Of a DNA stretch of 64,000 nucleotides, positions 10,763-22,294 are shown piece after piece. This DNA is from Eukaryota sp. TZLM1-RC (Eukaryota; Protista; Metamonada: BaSk clade): NCBI GenBank assembly GCA_040285825.1, contig JAUPSS010000004.1, forward strand, positions 3,080,550-3,144,549. Reading direction: 5' to 3'. Under the pieces are notes generated by a model. The model was not told the DNA's origin, did not search any database, and saw nothing but the letters and a program-made list of their open reading frames with translations. How positions within the stretch are numbered: position 1 is the first letter of the stretch; the number at the start of each line of letters is the position of its first letter. The position numbers and the translations under genes are program-made.

Positions 10763-12028
10763 ATGAGAGCTGCGGTAGTGGTTCTTGGTGATCTGGGACA
10801 CTCTCCTCGTATGTCGTATCATGCACACTCTTTGTCTTCCAATGGACTCACTGTTGATCTTATTGGATACAGTGGCTCTGAACTTCATCCTCTTATTTCC
10901 AATGACGAAAACATCATAGTTCATCAGAAAACTTCTCCTTTCAAGGTTTCAAGGAACAAGCTCTTATTTATTCCCACAGCATTACTGAAAATTATCTTTC
11001 AATTCTTTCAGTTCTTGTTCTGTCTATTGTCTGTTCCTCGATCTGATTATATATTAGTACAAAATCCTCCTTCAATGCCAATTCTAACTGTTGTTTTTAT
11101 TGTTAAATTAATAAGAAATTCCAAAGTCATTATTGATTGGCACAATTTTGGTTATACTATTCTTGGGATGAAACACAAGGGTTTGGCGCCTTTGTTGTTA
11201 AAGCAGTATGAAAAGTTTTTTGGCAAATGTGGAGACTTACATTTCTGTGTTTCTTTTGCAATGAAAACATTTTTACACTCACATTTTGGAATACCACAAT
11301 CTAAGATCACTGTGTTATATGATAGACCTTCCCCTATATTCAAACCCCTTTCGCTAAAAGAAAAACATGATTTTATGGAGGAAATATCACCCAGTCTTGG
11401 TTTTGACACCAACCCTATAACTTACAAGAAAGGGAGAGAAGTTAAACGGAAACATAACTCGGTGTTTGCTGTTTCTTCAACTTCATGGACCCCTGATGAG
11501 GATTTTACTCCTCTTTATGAAGCCATTTGTCAGTATGATCACTTCGCCAGGGAAGAAGATTTGCCGTTATTAAATCTTGTAATCACAGGAAGAGGTCCCC
11601 TTCAAGAGACATTTAAGGACAAGATCAATCAGAGTGGACTGAAGAAGGTAGTCGTTGCATTTGCTTGGCTGCAGGCAAAGGATTATCCGACATTGATAGC
11701 ATCTGCTGACTTTGGAATTTCTCTTCACCAATCAAGTTCTAAGCTTGATCTACCAATGAAGATTTTAGATATGTTTGGTTGTGGTGTTCCTGTACTTGCT
11801 GTTCATTATGATTGTATCGAAGAGCTTGTAATTCCTCTTCAATTTGGCTTTTTGTTTCACAATTCTGATGATCTGTGTAAATTATTAGTCAGATGGACCA
11901 GAGATTTGTATTATAGTAGTGGTGAAATAGACCTTTTCAGAAACAACATCATACAGTATTTTGCTAGTCAATCCTGGCAAAGCAATTGGAATGATGTGGT
12001 TAAGCCTTTACTTGTACATTGCCAGTAA
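10763..12028 (+). CDS. ALG1: Chitobiosyldiphosphodolichol beta-1,4-mannosyltransferase (GT33)
   Basis: VVLGDLGHSPRMSYHA, QNPPSMP, IDWHNFGY, SSTSWTPDEDF, LDLPMKILDMFG. Confidence 0.95.
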   Translation: MRAAVVVLGDLGHSPRMSYHAHSLSSNGLTVDLIGYSGSELHPLISNDENIIVHQKTSPFKVSRNKLLFIPTALLKIIFQFFQFLFCLLSVPRSDYILVQNPPSMPILTVVFIVKLIRNSKVIIDWHNFGYTILGMKHKGLAPLLLKQYEKFFGKCGDLHFCVSFAMKTFLHSHFGIPQSKITVLYDRPSPIFKPLSLKEKHDFMEEISPSLGFDTNPITYKKGREVKRKHNSVFAVSSTSWTPDEDFTPLYEAICQYDHFAREEDLPLLNLVITGRGPLQETFKDKINQSGLKKVVVAFAWLQAKDYPTLIASADFGISLHQSSSKLDLPMKILDMFGCGVPVLAVHYDCIEELVIPLQFGFLFHNSDDLCKLLVRWTRDLYYSSGEIDLFRNNIIQYFASQSWQSNWNDVVKPLLVHCQ

Positions 12029-12143
12029 TCAATCAATAAATCATTTGTTGATAGCGTTTTTACCCAGTTGCACTAATTAATTACACTCCACTTGACTTTC
12101 ATCCCGCTTCTTTTTGTTTGTACAAATAGTACACTAATTCTCA

Positions 12144-12527
12144 ATGTCTGAGTCTTCAGACTATTCATCAGAAGAAGAATCGGTCCCCAAACTTGTTTTT
12201 CGTGATCGTGACAAACGATCTTCCAACATACATTCGCTTCAGCTTTCGTTTTCCAGTCAATCAGCCACCACGCCTACTTATGGAATGACCGTATTGAAAT
12301 CTGCTTTAGGTGAACAGGAAGAAGGATCCACCTTGCAGTCGAGTGCAATTCCAGATGATGATGACTCTGACGAATTGGCCGAGTTTGAAGCATGGAAATT
12401 TCGTGAGATTCAACGACTTGCCGAAGATCATCAACGTCAATTGTTACAGGAACAAGAATATCAAGAAAAACAACGCAGGAGAAGACTTACTGATGAACAA
12501 TTAATAGCCCAATTGAAGACCAAATAA
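12144..12527 (+). CDS. MFAP1: Miniature MFAP1/Spp381-like spliceosomal protein
   Basis: DDDDSDELAEFEAWKFREIQRL matches the MFAP1 core motif EEYEAWKVRELKRI. Acidic N-terminus with PKLVF. Confidence 0.7.
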   Translation: MSESSDYSSEEESVPKLVFRDRDKRSSNIHSLQLSFSSQSATTPTYGMTVLKSALGEQEEGSTLQSSAIPDDDDSDELAEFEAWKFREIQRLAEDHQRQLLQEQEYQEKQRRRRLTDEQLIAQLKTK

Positions 12528-12789
12528 GTTCATGGCATTATTGTTTTCCCAGCAGTTTGGCAGCAGTTTGGTTTAACGTCATATTTAACATCATTTTTTT
12601 TTGGTTTTAACCCAAATCACTGTTTATCTCAAAGTTTGTAGTGGAAGCAGTTTGTCTGTCTTTGGTACCATTTGTAGTCTGTTAATTTTGATATTCATCA
12701 GAATAAACGTATATGTTCTCTATATCAACTCTTTTTAATCAGGTATCTATCACTGAACTCACTGAAACCCTTTCAATTCAAAGTCAGCT

Positions 12790-14776
12790 ATGCTATGCTT
12801 TCCCGTTACATTCTTCCTAGTCCTACTGTTTTGTCGTGCATGTGTTGCCGATCTCACTTATGGTGTCTCAATATTCCAATGGGATCCACTAGGAATTTTC
12901 AGTGGAGTGCTGCTTTTTATACTACTAGTACTTGTCTTTTCCCTCACTGTTCGACTTCTTTTCCATCGATATTACATAACATTCCTTCCTGAACCAAGTG
13001 TTTTGATTCTTTTGGGTATAGTTATAGGATTATTTCTCTGGGGAATTCCTGCTTTTCCTGTTGATTTCCTAGCTTTTCCAGCAGAAATATTTTTTATTGT
13101 TTTAATTCTACCCATCATTCTTGAAGAAGGATATTTTATGACGAGAGCAAAGTTCTTTTCAAACTTTGGAACTATTTTTCTTCTTTCTTTTGTTGGAACA
13201 ATAGTCAATGCTCTTGCTATTGGTCTCTCCCTCTTCGCCTTATCTTCAATGGGGGCAATGTTTACCTCCATAAGACTAGCCCAAGCCATGGCGTTTGGTG
13301 CAGCAATGAGTGCCGTAGATCCAATTGCAGTTATTGCTATCTTTGAAGAAATTCATGTTAACGATACTCTCAATAGTTTGGTTTTTGGTGAATCTGTTAT
13401 TAACGATGTAGTTGCAATCACTCTATTTAGGTTGCTCATAGGTATTACTGCTCCTTTGTCAACTGCTCTAGTGTTTGAAGCTATTGTTGCTTTCATTGTG
13501 GTCGTTATTGGAGGTGTATTGGCTGGTGTCATTGTGTCATTGATAGCAACATGGGCAACTAAGTTTACATATGTTATTTCTGTATTGGAAGCCTTGTTTA
13601 TTGTCGTTATGGCATATTTAGCTTTTGTTTTTGCAGAAATCTTTCATTTTTCAGGGGATATGGCTATTTTCGTTTTTGGAATCATTGCTGGTCTCTATGC
13701 AGAACAAAATATTTCCTTCTACAGCTCAATTACCGTCAAGTATTTCTTAAAACTACTTGCTAGTGTAACAGAGACAATTATTTTCGTTTTTCTTGGATTG
13801 ACATTGTTTTTAGACTTGCCAGTGTTGTTTTGTATGTTCTCTTTTCTATTTATTACTCATTTCAGTTGATTTTGCACTTATTGGTTGGACACTGCTGCTC
13901 ATTCAGGTGACTAGAACTATTACTATAATTTCTATTGTCAAAATTGTCAATCCGTATAGGATTTTGAAAATATCGAAACGAGATACATTTATTCTCATAT
14001 ATAGTGGGTTGAGAGGGGCAATAGCCTTTGCTTTAACGTTTTCAACCCCAGATATACCAGAAAGACCTGCTTTTGTTGCTACGGCGCTATCTGTAGTAAT
14101 TTTCACTATTTTTGTTCAAGGTAGTACGATCAAACCAATCTTGAGAATTTTACAAATTAGACTTGCTACCAAAATGGATAAATCAGCTATTGGTGGGCTT
14201 GTTTTTGATAGGGGCTTGAGCTACGTTAGGGAAGCTTTTGAATCCATTGTAGGAAAGCATGAAGGCTTTTTGTTTACAATAATGAATTGGCTTCATGTAC
14301 GAATTGAGAAGTACTTGCTTCGAGCGCCTTTGGCGAAGGACGATGCACTGTATTCAGCTGTGGACGACATGCTTTACAAGGAAGCAATTGACCAAGTAGC
14401 AAAGCAGTACGAAGTCACTCCTCTCACACCAAAAAGAAAGGATTCTTTATGGAGCCAAGCTCAAGCAGAGCGAAAGCAGGCAAAACTCGAAGGAAGAAGT
14501 CCTTTAGCATCACCACGTGTACAATCTAAAGAAGCAGCTTCTCCAACTCCCGCTCCACCCACACCACCTCCCTCTGCTCCGCTACCTCCACAGCATCCAA
14601 TACCAAAGCGAACTCGTGGACCATCTGCTGTACCCATCAAAAGAGTGTCTAAACCTTCTGAAAAAGGAGAGGTGAGTATCCCAGTTCCTGATTCACCGGT
14701 AACCTTTGCTAGATTTGACAGATTAACAGATCCTAACAGAAAACTTCCACTTCATGATGTCAAAAGGAAGAGGTGA
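12790..14776 (+). CDS. Na+/H+ exchanger (CPA1/NHE family), one intron 13832..13865
   Basis: FFSNFGTI, SAVDPIAVIAIFEE, VFGESVINDVV, SGLRGAIAFAL. Removing the 34-nt GTATGT..TTCAG intron joins ORFs 12790 and 13907 in frame. Confidence 0.92.
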
Positions 14777-15642
14777 TCTATTTTAGAGTTTTGAACATCA
14801 CTAAATCTCTACTAAATCTCCACTACCGATACATCACATCTGGGAACAATATCCAAGTTTTCTTTAATTTTGGCTGCAAATGGCTTATTTATCAAACTGA
14901 TTGATGTTTTGCTTAAAGTTTGTTGTTTTCATGATTTTACAGATTAATGTTATAATAATAATCCTATTGAAAATGGTTCTGGGATAATGGCTAATAAACT
15001 AATTAAATGCACTTAGTTTTTCTTTCTTTCTTATTGATCATTCATTCATTGGATCATTGAATTTAGGTTTGAAATTAATTTTGCTTATCTAGTTTATAAC
15101 TCCATTTATAACTCCTGATCATCACTGGTTGTGCATGTTGAATCTACCTCCTAGATTCATTAAGTTTGTAATTAATTCTTCATTGGATGTAATATCTACT
15201 GCTGATAACCTTTAACGACGGAAAGTTTGTCCGAAAGTGCCTGATTGGTCTAGACTTTTGTCTTGTGTGTGTTCATTATGTAAACCTGGACCTGCTACAT
15301 TGTGTCACATTTTATGCAGTTGTCCAATTTATCAAATTTGCGAAATACACCATAGATCTAAATGGTAATAATTTAATTAAAAATTAAAAAATTAAATTAA
15401 AGTATGGACTCAATGATCATCTCCATTTCTTGTGTGCATTTGGTCGAAAAATTTTTTGAAAAAAGATTCATCATCAATCCTTTGAATGATGAACTAGATC
15501 AACAAGCCGGTTATGGATTACTTTGGCGTTTAGCAATTATTGATGTTGAGCTGAAAGAATGCATCATTTTGAGACCTCAGTTTATTCATTTACTTCTGTT
15601 CAAATTGTCAAAGTGTCTCCTTTGTCTAAAATACTTACAAAA

Positions 15643-18600
15643 ATGGAAAACGATAGTCGGACCCAAAAAGAGGGAGTCAACATTAAAATCAACCCCTCCG
15701 TCAAAAATGGTAAGACAAGAACCTTCTACTCAGTCAGGAAAGCGCAGAAAAATTACCTCAAAGGCCACTAGAAAACCAAAACTATGCCTAAAAGGCACAT
15801 ATGGGTGATTCAACTTCTGTACAAATTAATACAGAACAAAATGAAATATTCAAGAAGTTCATTAAAAATTTACCATCAAATCTATCTGCGAGACAGAAAC
15901 GACGTAAACTTAATCTTCATGTGACTCAAAGGGACTTACAGTCAGCTGAGGAAATATTGCTAAAATATTCTAACGATGGTGTAATTTCTAATTCCTCATC
16001 GATACCTCGAGTTGATGTAAAGACCCCATAAATTGATCTTTTTTTAATTGATCTTTAGGCCAAAAATTTCAAGGCCAGTGGGAAAAACTAAAGAAAAACC
16101 AAAAAAGGAAAAACTGTCTATAAAAAACACATAATAAAAATGAACATTATTGCTCAACTAAAAGATACGACAATTACAAAATCAATTCATTTTAATTGAT
16201 ATTGAAACTAAAACAAACAATCAACTTTCCCCTAAAACATTACTCAAAAGCTGAATGAAATGAGGAAGACAGAGGCTGAAGACTTGAGAAATCTGACTGA
16301 TGAAGAAAAAGTACAGGGGGTCAATAACCAAGAAGTTTTCATAATTTCTCGTGTTTTTGGGTTCTTTAAAAAAGATGATTTTTATATACAAGAAAATTTT
16401 ATTGCTTCGTGTGCAATATAACCTGAAGGGACGTTGAAAATCCCCCATCATTGTAAAAAGATCCATTTTTTTGATACAGAAAATAATTTATTATCATTTT
16501 TCGTTCAATTTTTAATTGATCACAAAAAAAGATGTTTGGACGTGTTGATATATTCAAAAATTTGATGTTCCAAAATAATTCAACCGAAGATATTTTACCA
16601 TTTTTATCCTCTTTTGGCAGCAGATTTCCTGTAATTTTAATGGTTTTACCATCTGTGATTTATTCTTTATTTAAAAAAATTTATAGCATCAAAATCGAAT
16701 AAGTCCTTGCGGTCTCTGAGTTGGTTCTTATTAAATGAGTCTAAAAGGTATCTTCATGATACATTTGAAAACTTTTTACCAATTGATTGTGTCAGAAGAA
16801 GACCCCAAGATACAATTAATTTATTATTCAAAGATAGTGTTTTTGCCTTAAAACGATTTTTACCGTTTCAATGAAACAAAGTGCTTCAACCCATTTTTGT
16901 AACACACAAAACCACATTGAACTCTATTGTCAAGCATAGAGGATTGGAACTTTTGTTGAATTACTATGCTCAGTTGGTTCACAAATTGAAAATTTGCACG
17001 TCATATTGACTTAAATTATTTCTTTTAAATTTAACTGAAAATGACCAAGATTTTCCTGTTGCAACTCGAATAGTAGAACAAATTCAAATGTTGCTCAGTA
17101 AAATTTCTGCCACTGAACACAATATTGAATTCAATGAGGTTGTAGACCTACGCGAATTTATGAGGACTTGAAAAATTTTGTTGAAAATAGTTGTAAGCAG
17201 TTAATGGAAACAAATGGTGGTATTTCTTTTTTTCCCATTAATCATGGTGCTAGATTGAGGTCTTTTATCGCCAAATTATTAAAACGAATTTAGTTGTTAA
17301 TATTCAAATGACATATGCTCAATATATTGAAAAATTTGTGAATCTATATTTTGAGAAAATGAAAGTTGAAGAAGAGTTGATCCAAAACGAAAAATCTGTG
17401 TTTTGTTGGAGGTTACCTCAAGTCAACAATCTATTTCTGCAGAGGAATCGAAACAATTTTCCGACTACTGACGATCAAATTGATAATTTCATTAACTTTC
17501 TGATGATGAAATCTTATACGCAGACAATGAAAATTGTTTGAATCAATCAGCAAAATTTGTTCTTTTAGACAGTACTCATTTCAAAATTGGTAGGTTATTA
17601 AAGGATGAAAATTGGATGAATTTAATTTTCCCTGGGTCTATTTTAGTAAACAATTTAAGAAATGAAAAGAAGGCTAGTTAAGTTAAATCATTACTTTTCA
17701 CTGTGCGAAAACATTCCCAATCTTTTAGCAAATAAGCTATCAAAATTAATATTTGTACAGAAAAAGCTGAGAAAAAACACTGAAGGCCATTTCAATTGTT
17801 CGAAATGAAAATTCTGGATTTTTCAAAGTTGATAGCCAAAGATTCTGGGGTGTTTTGCGTCCTTTTTTACAGATGATGAAATTACAGCTAAAAATGCTAA
17901 TTGAAAGTGCAATTCAATGACTGACAGTCAACGTATGGATCCAGAACAACTGAATTTATTTTGGTCATATTTTTTTGAATTTAATAGACCATTTACTAAA
18001 AGAGGCTACAAATTTAACAACGGCATTAAAACTGATGGTTTTGCAACCTGTATTGAGCTTGCAATAGAGGATTGTATTGGTATGTCCCTCAAGCTTGATA
18101 GTGCAAAATTTGCAACCACTGAGAACTATTTGGATAATTTGGTTGTTGAAAATCTATCAACAAAATACAAAGTACATATTGACCCTGGTAAGTGATACAT
18201 TTTATTTTTGAAGTTACAAAAGATTCAAACTGAATGCAGAAAACCAATTAAACCGAGATAAACAATAGGAGTAGCTGAGATTAACAGAATTGGAATGGTC
18301 AAGGGTGACGAGAGTTCACCAAAAACTCAGAAAATTGAAAAACAATGAGTATATTTTACAGAATGGAATCACAGTGGAACAAACAGAAGCTACATTATCA
18401 AAAGAATCATCAAAATCTTCCATTTACAATAATTTCTATTCTTATGTTTCTTCCAAGCTTATAAACATGACATTCACATTAATGATATGACCCATTCAAA
18501 AAATACAAAGATATGTCCATCATCAGAAAACAGAGACTAAGTTATTGAAAAGAATGGCTGAAAAGCAATGGAAGCCAGAAGACACTGTCCTAATGTTTGG

Positions 18601-18779
18601 TGGCAATGGTAATAAGAGACAGAAATCAAAGCATCATCAATCAAGTAAAGGAGTTGGATGGAGAAATTTCTTTAAGAGAAATGGTTATACAGTATGTTTA
18701 GTTGATGAAAAAAAACGTCTTCAAAGTGTCCAACTTGTTATAACCCAGTTGATGTGTTTCTTGATGTTGAGAATCCTAG
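15643..18779 (+). pseudogene. Exonuclease-Fanzor1 fusion, copy 2 (divergent family), 5' part up to the Gypsy insertion; start approximate
   Basis: ExoI LIDIET (DIET 16198-16209); LTDEEKVQGVNNQEVFIISRVFG aligns with copy 1 KTDEQMDEWISNQKVFLISIVIG; FFDTENNLL; KFD 16558-16566; Fanzor N-term FVTHKTTLNSIVKH from 16896; FNNGIKTDG; HIDPGK (DPG 18181-18189); LVDE..TSSKCPTC..ENP. Confidence 0.82.
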
Positions 18780-18858
18780 TGTTGCCTAAAGTCTATTGCA
18801 GTAAAGAAAAGTCTGATTTATTTTCTATTCATATTATATAAGCCTTAGGGCGCCAACA
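18780..18858 (-). repeat. 3' LTR (79 bp)
   Basis: TGTTG...CAACA termini; 2 mismatches to 25875..25953. Confidence 0.95.
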
Positions 18859-18988
18859 CTGCTTCTTCCCTTTTTCAAAATAAATCAGCTTATATGAATA
18901 TGAAATAAAAACTATATACAAATAACGAAATAACTATAAATAAATACATATAATCGATATAATATAAATATTCGATATAAACTAAGAA

Positions 18989-21900
18989 TTAGCTCCTCTT
19001 CCTAATTCTATTACTGCGTCTAGGCTTCTTAGAAGGCGTAGACTCATTGGAGGTACTTTGTCGTCGACTAGTGGTACGTTTTCCAATTTTCTTGTTATCC
19101 TTACTAAATAACTTAGAAGCTTCTGAATGTTTAACCGAATGGAGTGGCTCTTCTGTTGTCTCACCGCCAAACCATTGAACAGTACAGAAACTACCTGAAT
19201 CAGAGTGGTATTCTGAGAGGATTTTCTCTATAACGTGTTTTTCGGAATCGCCTGCAGCGACTGCCTTGAGGAACTCAATGTCCTGTGGATTTTCTGCGTT
19301 ATAGGTTTTGCAATCTTTCTTGGCAGCTTTTAATTCTGTGCCAGTAGTAAGATTCTTCAATAATAAAGTGGATTTGGAAGGAAGGTCAATAACTAAAAAT
19401 GGTCCATTCCAAGATCCATGCAATTTATTATTTTGCTTGGTTTTACGTAAGACGTAGTCACCAATATTGAATGCTAAAAAACACGAATTAGTATTATCTA
19501 CTGAAGACGGAGTATTTAATGTTTGGTGACGCTCTGCTTTTTCCCTTTTTTCTTGTAGACGAGTGTTTTTCATTTTGATGTCATCTAATAAAGGGATATT
19601 AGTTTCAAATTTGGATAAATTTCCTAATATATTAGCAGGGGCTGTTCTTGGACTAATCGAAGAACCGAACATGAGTTCGTATGGGGTAAAACCAGTTTTT
19701 CTGCTTTTAGTAGAATTTATTAATAGTTGGGATATAGGTGCGTATGTAGACCAATTTCCGTAATCATTGAAATCTATTAATAGTTTCCTTAAGCATTGAA
19801 GAACGTCTCTATGTTTACGTTCTACAAGTCCATTACTTTCTGAATAGTGGGGAATTGAGTTACTCATCTCAATCGCTAATCTGTTACACACTATTTTGAA
19901 AGTCTCATTGGCGAACTCAGGTCCATTATCACTATGAATTAACATAGGTATGCCGAAGATAGCGCAAACATTCCAAATTAAAGCATCTGCGGTTTCTAAG
20001 GCATTGAGTTCTTTTAGAGGTACTAAGATTGTATATCCAGTAAAAGAGTCTACAAATACTAATAGATATTTATGTCCTTCGTTGTCAGAATTTAGGGGTC
20101 CAATTGTATCGACGTTTAATCTGGCAAAAGGACGATCTGCCCATAAAGATCCTGTGGAAGGTGTTTTTGATCTTTTAACTGGAGCCGTTTTTTGACAAGT
20201 TGGGCATCTTTTGACATGATCAATAAGGTCCTTTCTCATATTGGGCCAGTAAAAATCGCTTTTGGATAGTTTGTGTAAACTATCGTTTTTGCTAGGGTGA
20301 CCAGATTGAACCAAACCATGTATTAATAGAAGTGCCTGTTTTCTGAGGCTCTTTGGAATCAAAATTTTGTTTTTATTATTTTTCCAAATTTGAGTACTTT
20401 CATCTAGAATTGCATTTTCAAATAACGAGTCGTTGTTGTTTTTGGCTATTTGTTGTTCAGATCTTATCTTAGAGAACCAAGAAGAAAAAATAGGTAGGTC
20501 TTGGTGTCTACATAGAGATGAGATTGTTGGGATGTCTTCAAGATCCGAATCAGAATCATCGTCTAGTGGAGGTATCTCGTAATTTGAAAGTAAAGTATCT
20601 GGTATATTTATACTACAAATAGAAGGAGCTTCCTCGTTTTGATCCAAATCAATATTCCTCGATAACATATCTGCCCAATGGTTGTCTTCACCAGGTTCGT
20701 GGACTATGTCAAAGTCGAATTCAGATAGTATCGGCAGCCATCTCTTTACAATTCTATTTTTCTCTGGGGCTGTAGCCAGGAATGCAATGTTTTTATGATC
20801 TGTGAAAATTGTTAAATGTCTAGTTAACAAGTAGCTTTCTAAACAACTTTCAGTTAAAATCAAAAGTATTGCATATAATTCTTTTTGTAATGTGGACCAT
20901 TTTCTTTGTGTTTCTGTAAGTAATCTACTATAGAATGACAAAGGTTTTACTTTCCTTTTATTTAGCGGGGTTCCTGCAGGGGAGTAGGGTTCAATTTCTT
21001 GCCAAATAACACCTCCTACTGCTACATCTGAAGCGTCAGTACTTATCAATACTCGCTTGCCCGGAGCTGGTAATTCAAGGGGCATGTGGTTTACTATTAA
21101 GTCTTTTATTTGTTTTAAGTAATCGTCATGCTTGCTAGTCCATTTAATTATTCTGGGTTTTCCTTTAATTAGCTCGTTAATTGGAGCAATTAATTCAGAA
21201 ATACCTGGAAGCCAATCTCTAATATAATTGATGGATCCTACCAATGAGCGAACTTCTTTCACTGTTTTTGGTCTAGGGATTCTCATCAAGGCTTCGATTT
21301 TTTTCTTACTAATAAATCTAGTTTTATCCTGGAAGGTACTTCCTAAAATGTCGATAGGGTGTTTTGATGTTACGAATTTACATTTGCGTAAGCCTATATT
21401 TACACGTCTATTTATGGCGCATTGGAGGACTCTTTGTAATCTCTTATAAAATTCTTCGAATGTCGTTCCAACTATTATGATATCGTCAATGTATATAAAA
21501 ACGCCGTCTATTTGGAAAATTTCCATCATTACGTTTTGAAAAACTGCAGGGATGTTCTTTAATCCGAAGCAAGCTCTTTTAAACATGATTGACCTTCCAG
21601 GAATTGAGATTGATGTTTTCTCAATATCCTTATCAGCTACATTCATCTGCCAGAAAGCTTTTGGTAAATCAAGCGTGGCGATGTAATTGGCTCTACTCAA
21701 CAATTCTAAAATATCACTAATCCTAGGTAGATTAGGCTCTACTGAAATCGTATGGGCATTAACTCCATCTTTACCACTAAAGTCTCCAGTTAACCTGGGT
21801 TTCTTGCCGTCAGGATATATAACTAAGACAATAGGAGAGCTGAATTTATAATTAGATTCAACTGCGTAACCCATTTTGATCAGTTCATCAAATATTTTGT

Positions 21901-22279
21901 TTGCTATTTCCATTTTGCTGGGATTTAACCGTCTAGCAGGCTTGTGTACTATAGCATTCTCATCTCTAAAGGGAATTGTTAGAGGATTACAATCGATCCC
22001 TTTTCTATTAGGAGTTTCACTAAAAACATCGCTGAATAATTTTAGTAGACTCGTTAATTTTAATTTATTATTACTATCATCTAAATTTATACCACATCCA
22101 GATCTTGCTAATTGCTCCTCAAAATCAGAAGGACTTGGTGATTGGTTATCTAAGTTCCCAATCGAATGTTGAGCGATCCTAGAGTCGAATTTTGATTCTG
22201 CATTTAGCAAAGTGCGGTGTTCTTTGTCTAATCTAATGAAAAGACCATCATCCGTCTGAAGCCCAAGTGCTTTTAACAT
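18989..22279 (-). CDS. Gypsy pol: RT, RNase H, integrase, chromodomain-like tail
   Basis: LDLPKAFWQ, FGLKNIP, YIDD, TDASD, ELYAI, TDHKN, H..GH..C..C, DTIG..HSDNG..E, GSWNGPF, VIEKIL..VQWFG..TEEP. Confidence 0.93.
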   Translation of the reverse strand: MLKALGLQTDDGLFIRLDKEHRTLLNAESKFDSRIAQHSIGNLDNQSPSPSDFEEQLARSGCGINLDDSNNKLKLTSLLKLFSDVFSETPNRKGIDCNPLTIPFRDENAIVHKPARRLNPSKMEIANKIFDELIKMGYAVESNYKFSSPIVLVIYPDGKKPRLTGDFSGKDGVNAHTISVEPNLPRISDILELLSRANYIATLDLPKAFWQMNVADKDIEKTSISIPGRSIMFKRACFGLKNIPAVFQNVMMEIFQIDGVFIYIDDIIIVGTTFEEFYKRLQRVLQCAINRRVNIGLRKCKFVTSKHPIDILGSTFQDKTRFISKKKIEALMRIPRPKTVKEVRSLVGSINYIRDWLPGISELIAPINELIKGKPRIIKWTSKHDDYLKQIKDLIVNHMPLELPAPGKRVLISTDASDVAVGGVIWQEIEPYSPAGTPLNKRKVKPLSFYSRLLTETQRKWSTLQKELYAILLILTESCLESYLLTRHLTIFTDHKNIAFLATAPEKNRIVKRWLPILSEFDFDIVHEPGEDNHWADMLSRNIDLDQNEEAPSICSINIPDTLLSNYEIPPLDDDSDSDLEDIPTISSLCRHQDLPIFSSWFSKIRSEQQIAKNNNDSLFENAILDESTQIWKNNKNKILIPKSLRKQALLLIHGLVQSGHPSKNDSLHKLSKSDFYWPNMRKDLIDHVKRCPTCQKTAPVKRSKTPSTGSLWADRPFARLNVDTIGPLNSDNEGHKYLLVFVDSFTGYTILVPLKELNALETADALIWNVCAIFGIPMLIHSDNGPEFANETFKIVCNRLAIEMSNSIPHYSESNGLVERKHRDVLQCLRKLLIDFNDYGNWSTYAPISQLLINSTKSRKTGFTPYELMFGSSISPRTAPANILGNLSKFETNIPLLDDIKMKNTRLQEKREKAERHQTLNTPSSVDNTNSCFLAFNIGDYVLRKTKQNNKLHGSWNGPFLVIDLPSKSTLLLKNLTTGTELKAAKKDCKTYNAENPQDIEFLKAVAAGDSEKHVIEKILSEYHSDSGSFCTVQWFGGETTEEPLHSVKHSEASKLFSKDNKKIGKRTTSRRQSTSNESTPSKKPRRSNRIRKRS

Positions 22280-22294
22280 GTCTGTCCCTATTAA

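Noticed and set aside
15180-15600. Transposase or left end for Fanzor copy 2
   Set aside because: Only a CSLC..TLCHILCSCP knuckle-like relic, more like a decayed non-LTR element. I could find no TIR or TSD pairing with the 3' flank.
3823-18195. TGA recoding, suggested by several in-frame TGA codons in the Fanzor copies
   Set aside because: Host genes end in TGA (14776, 7977), and the Fanzor copies also have TAA stops and frameshifts, so this is decay or sequencing error.
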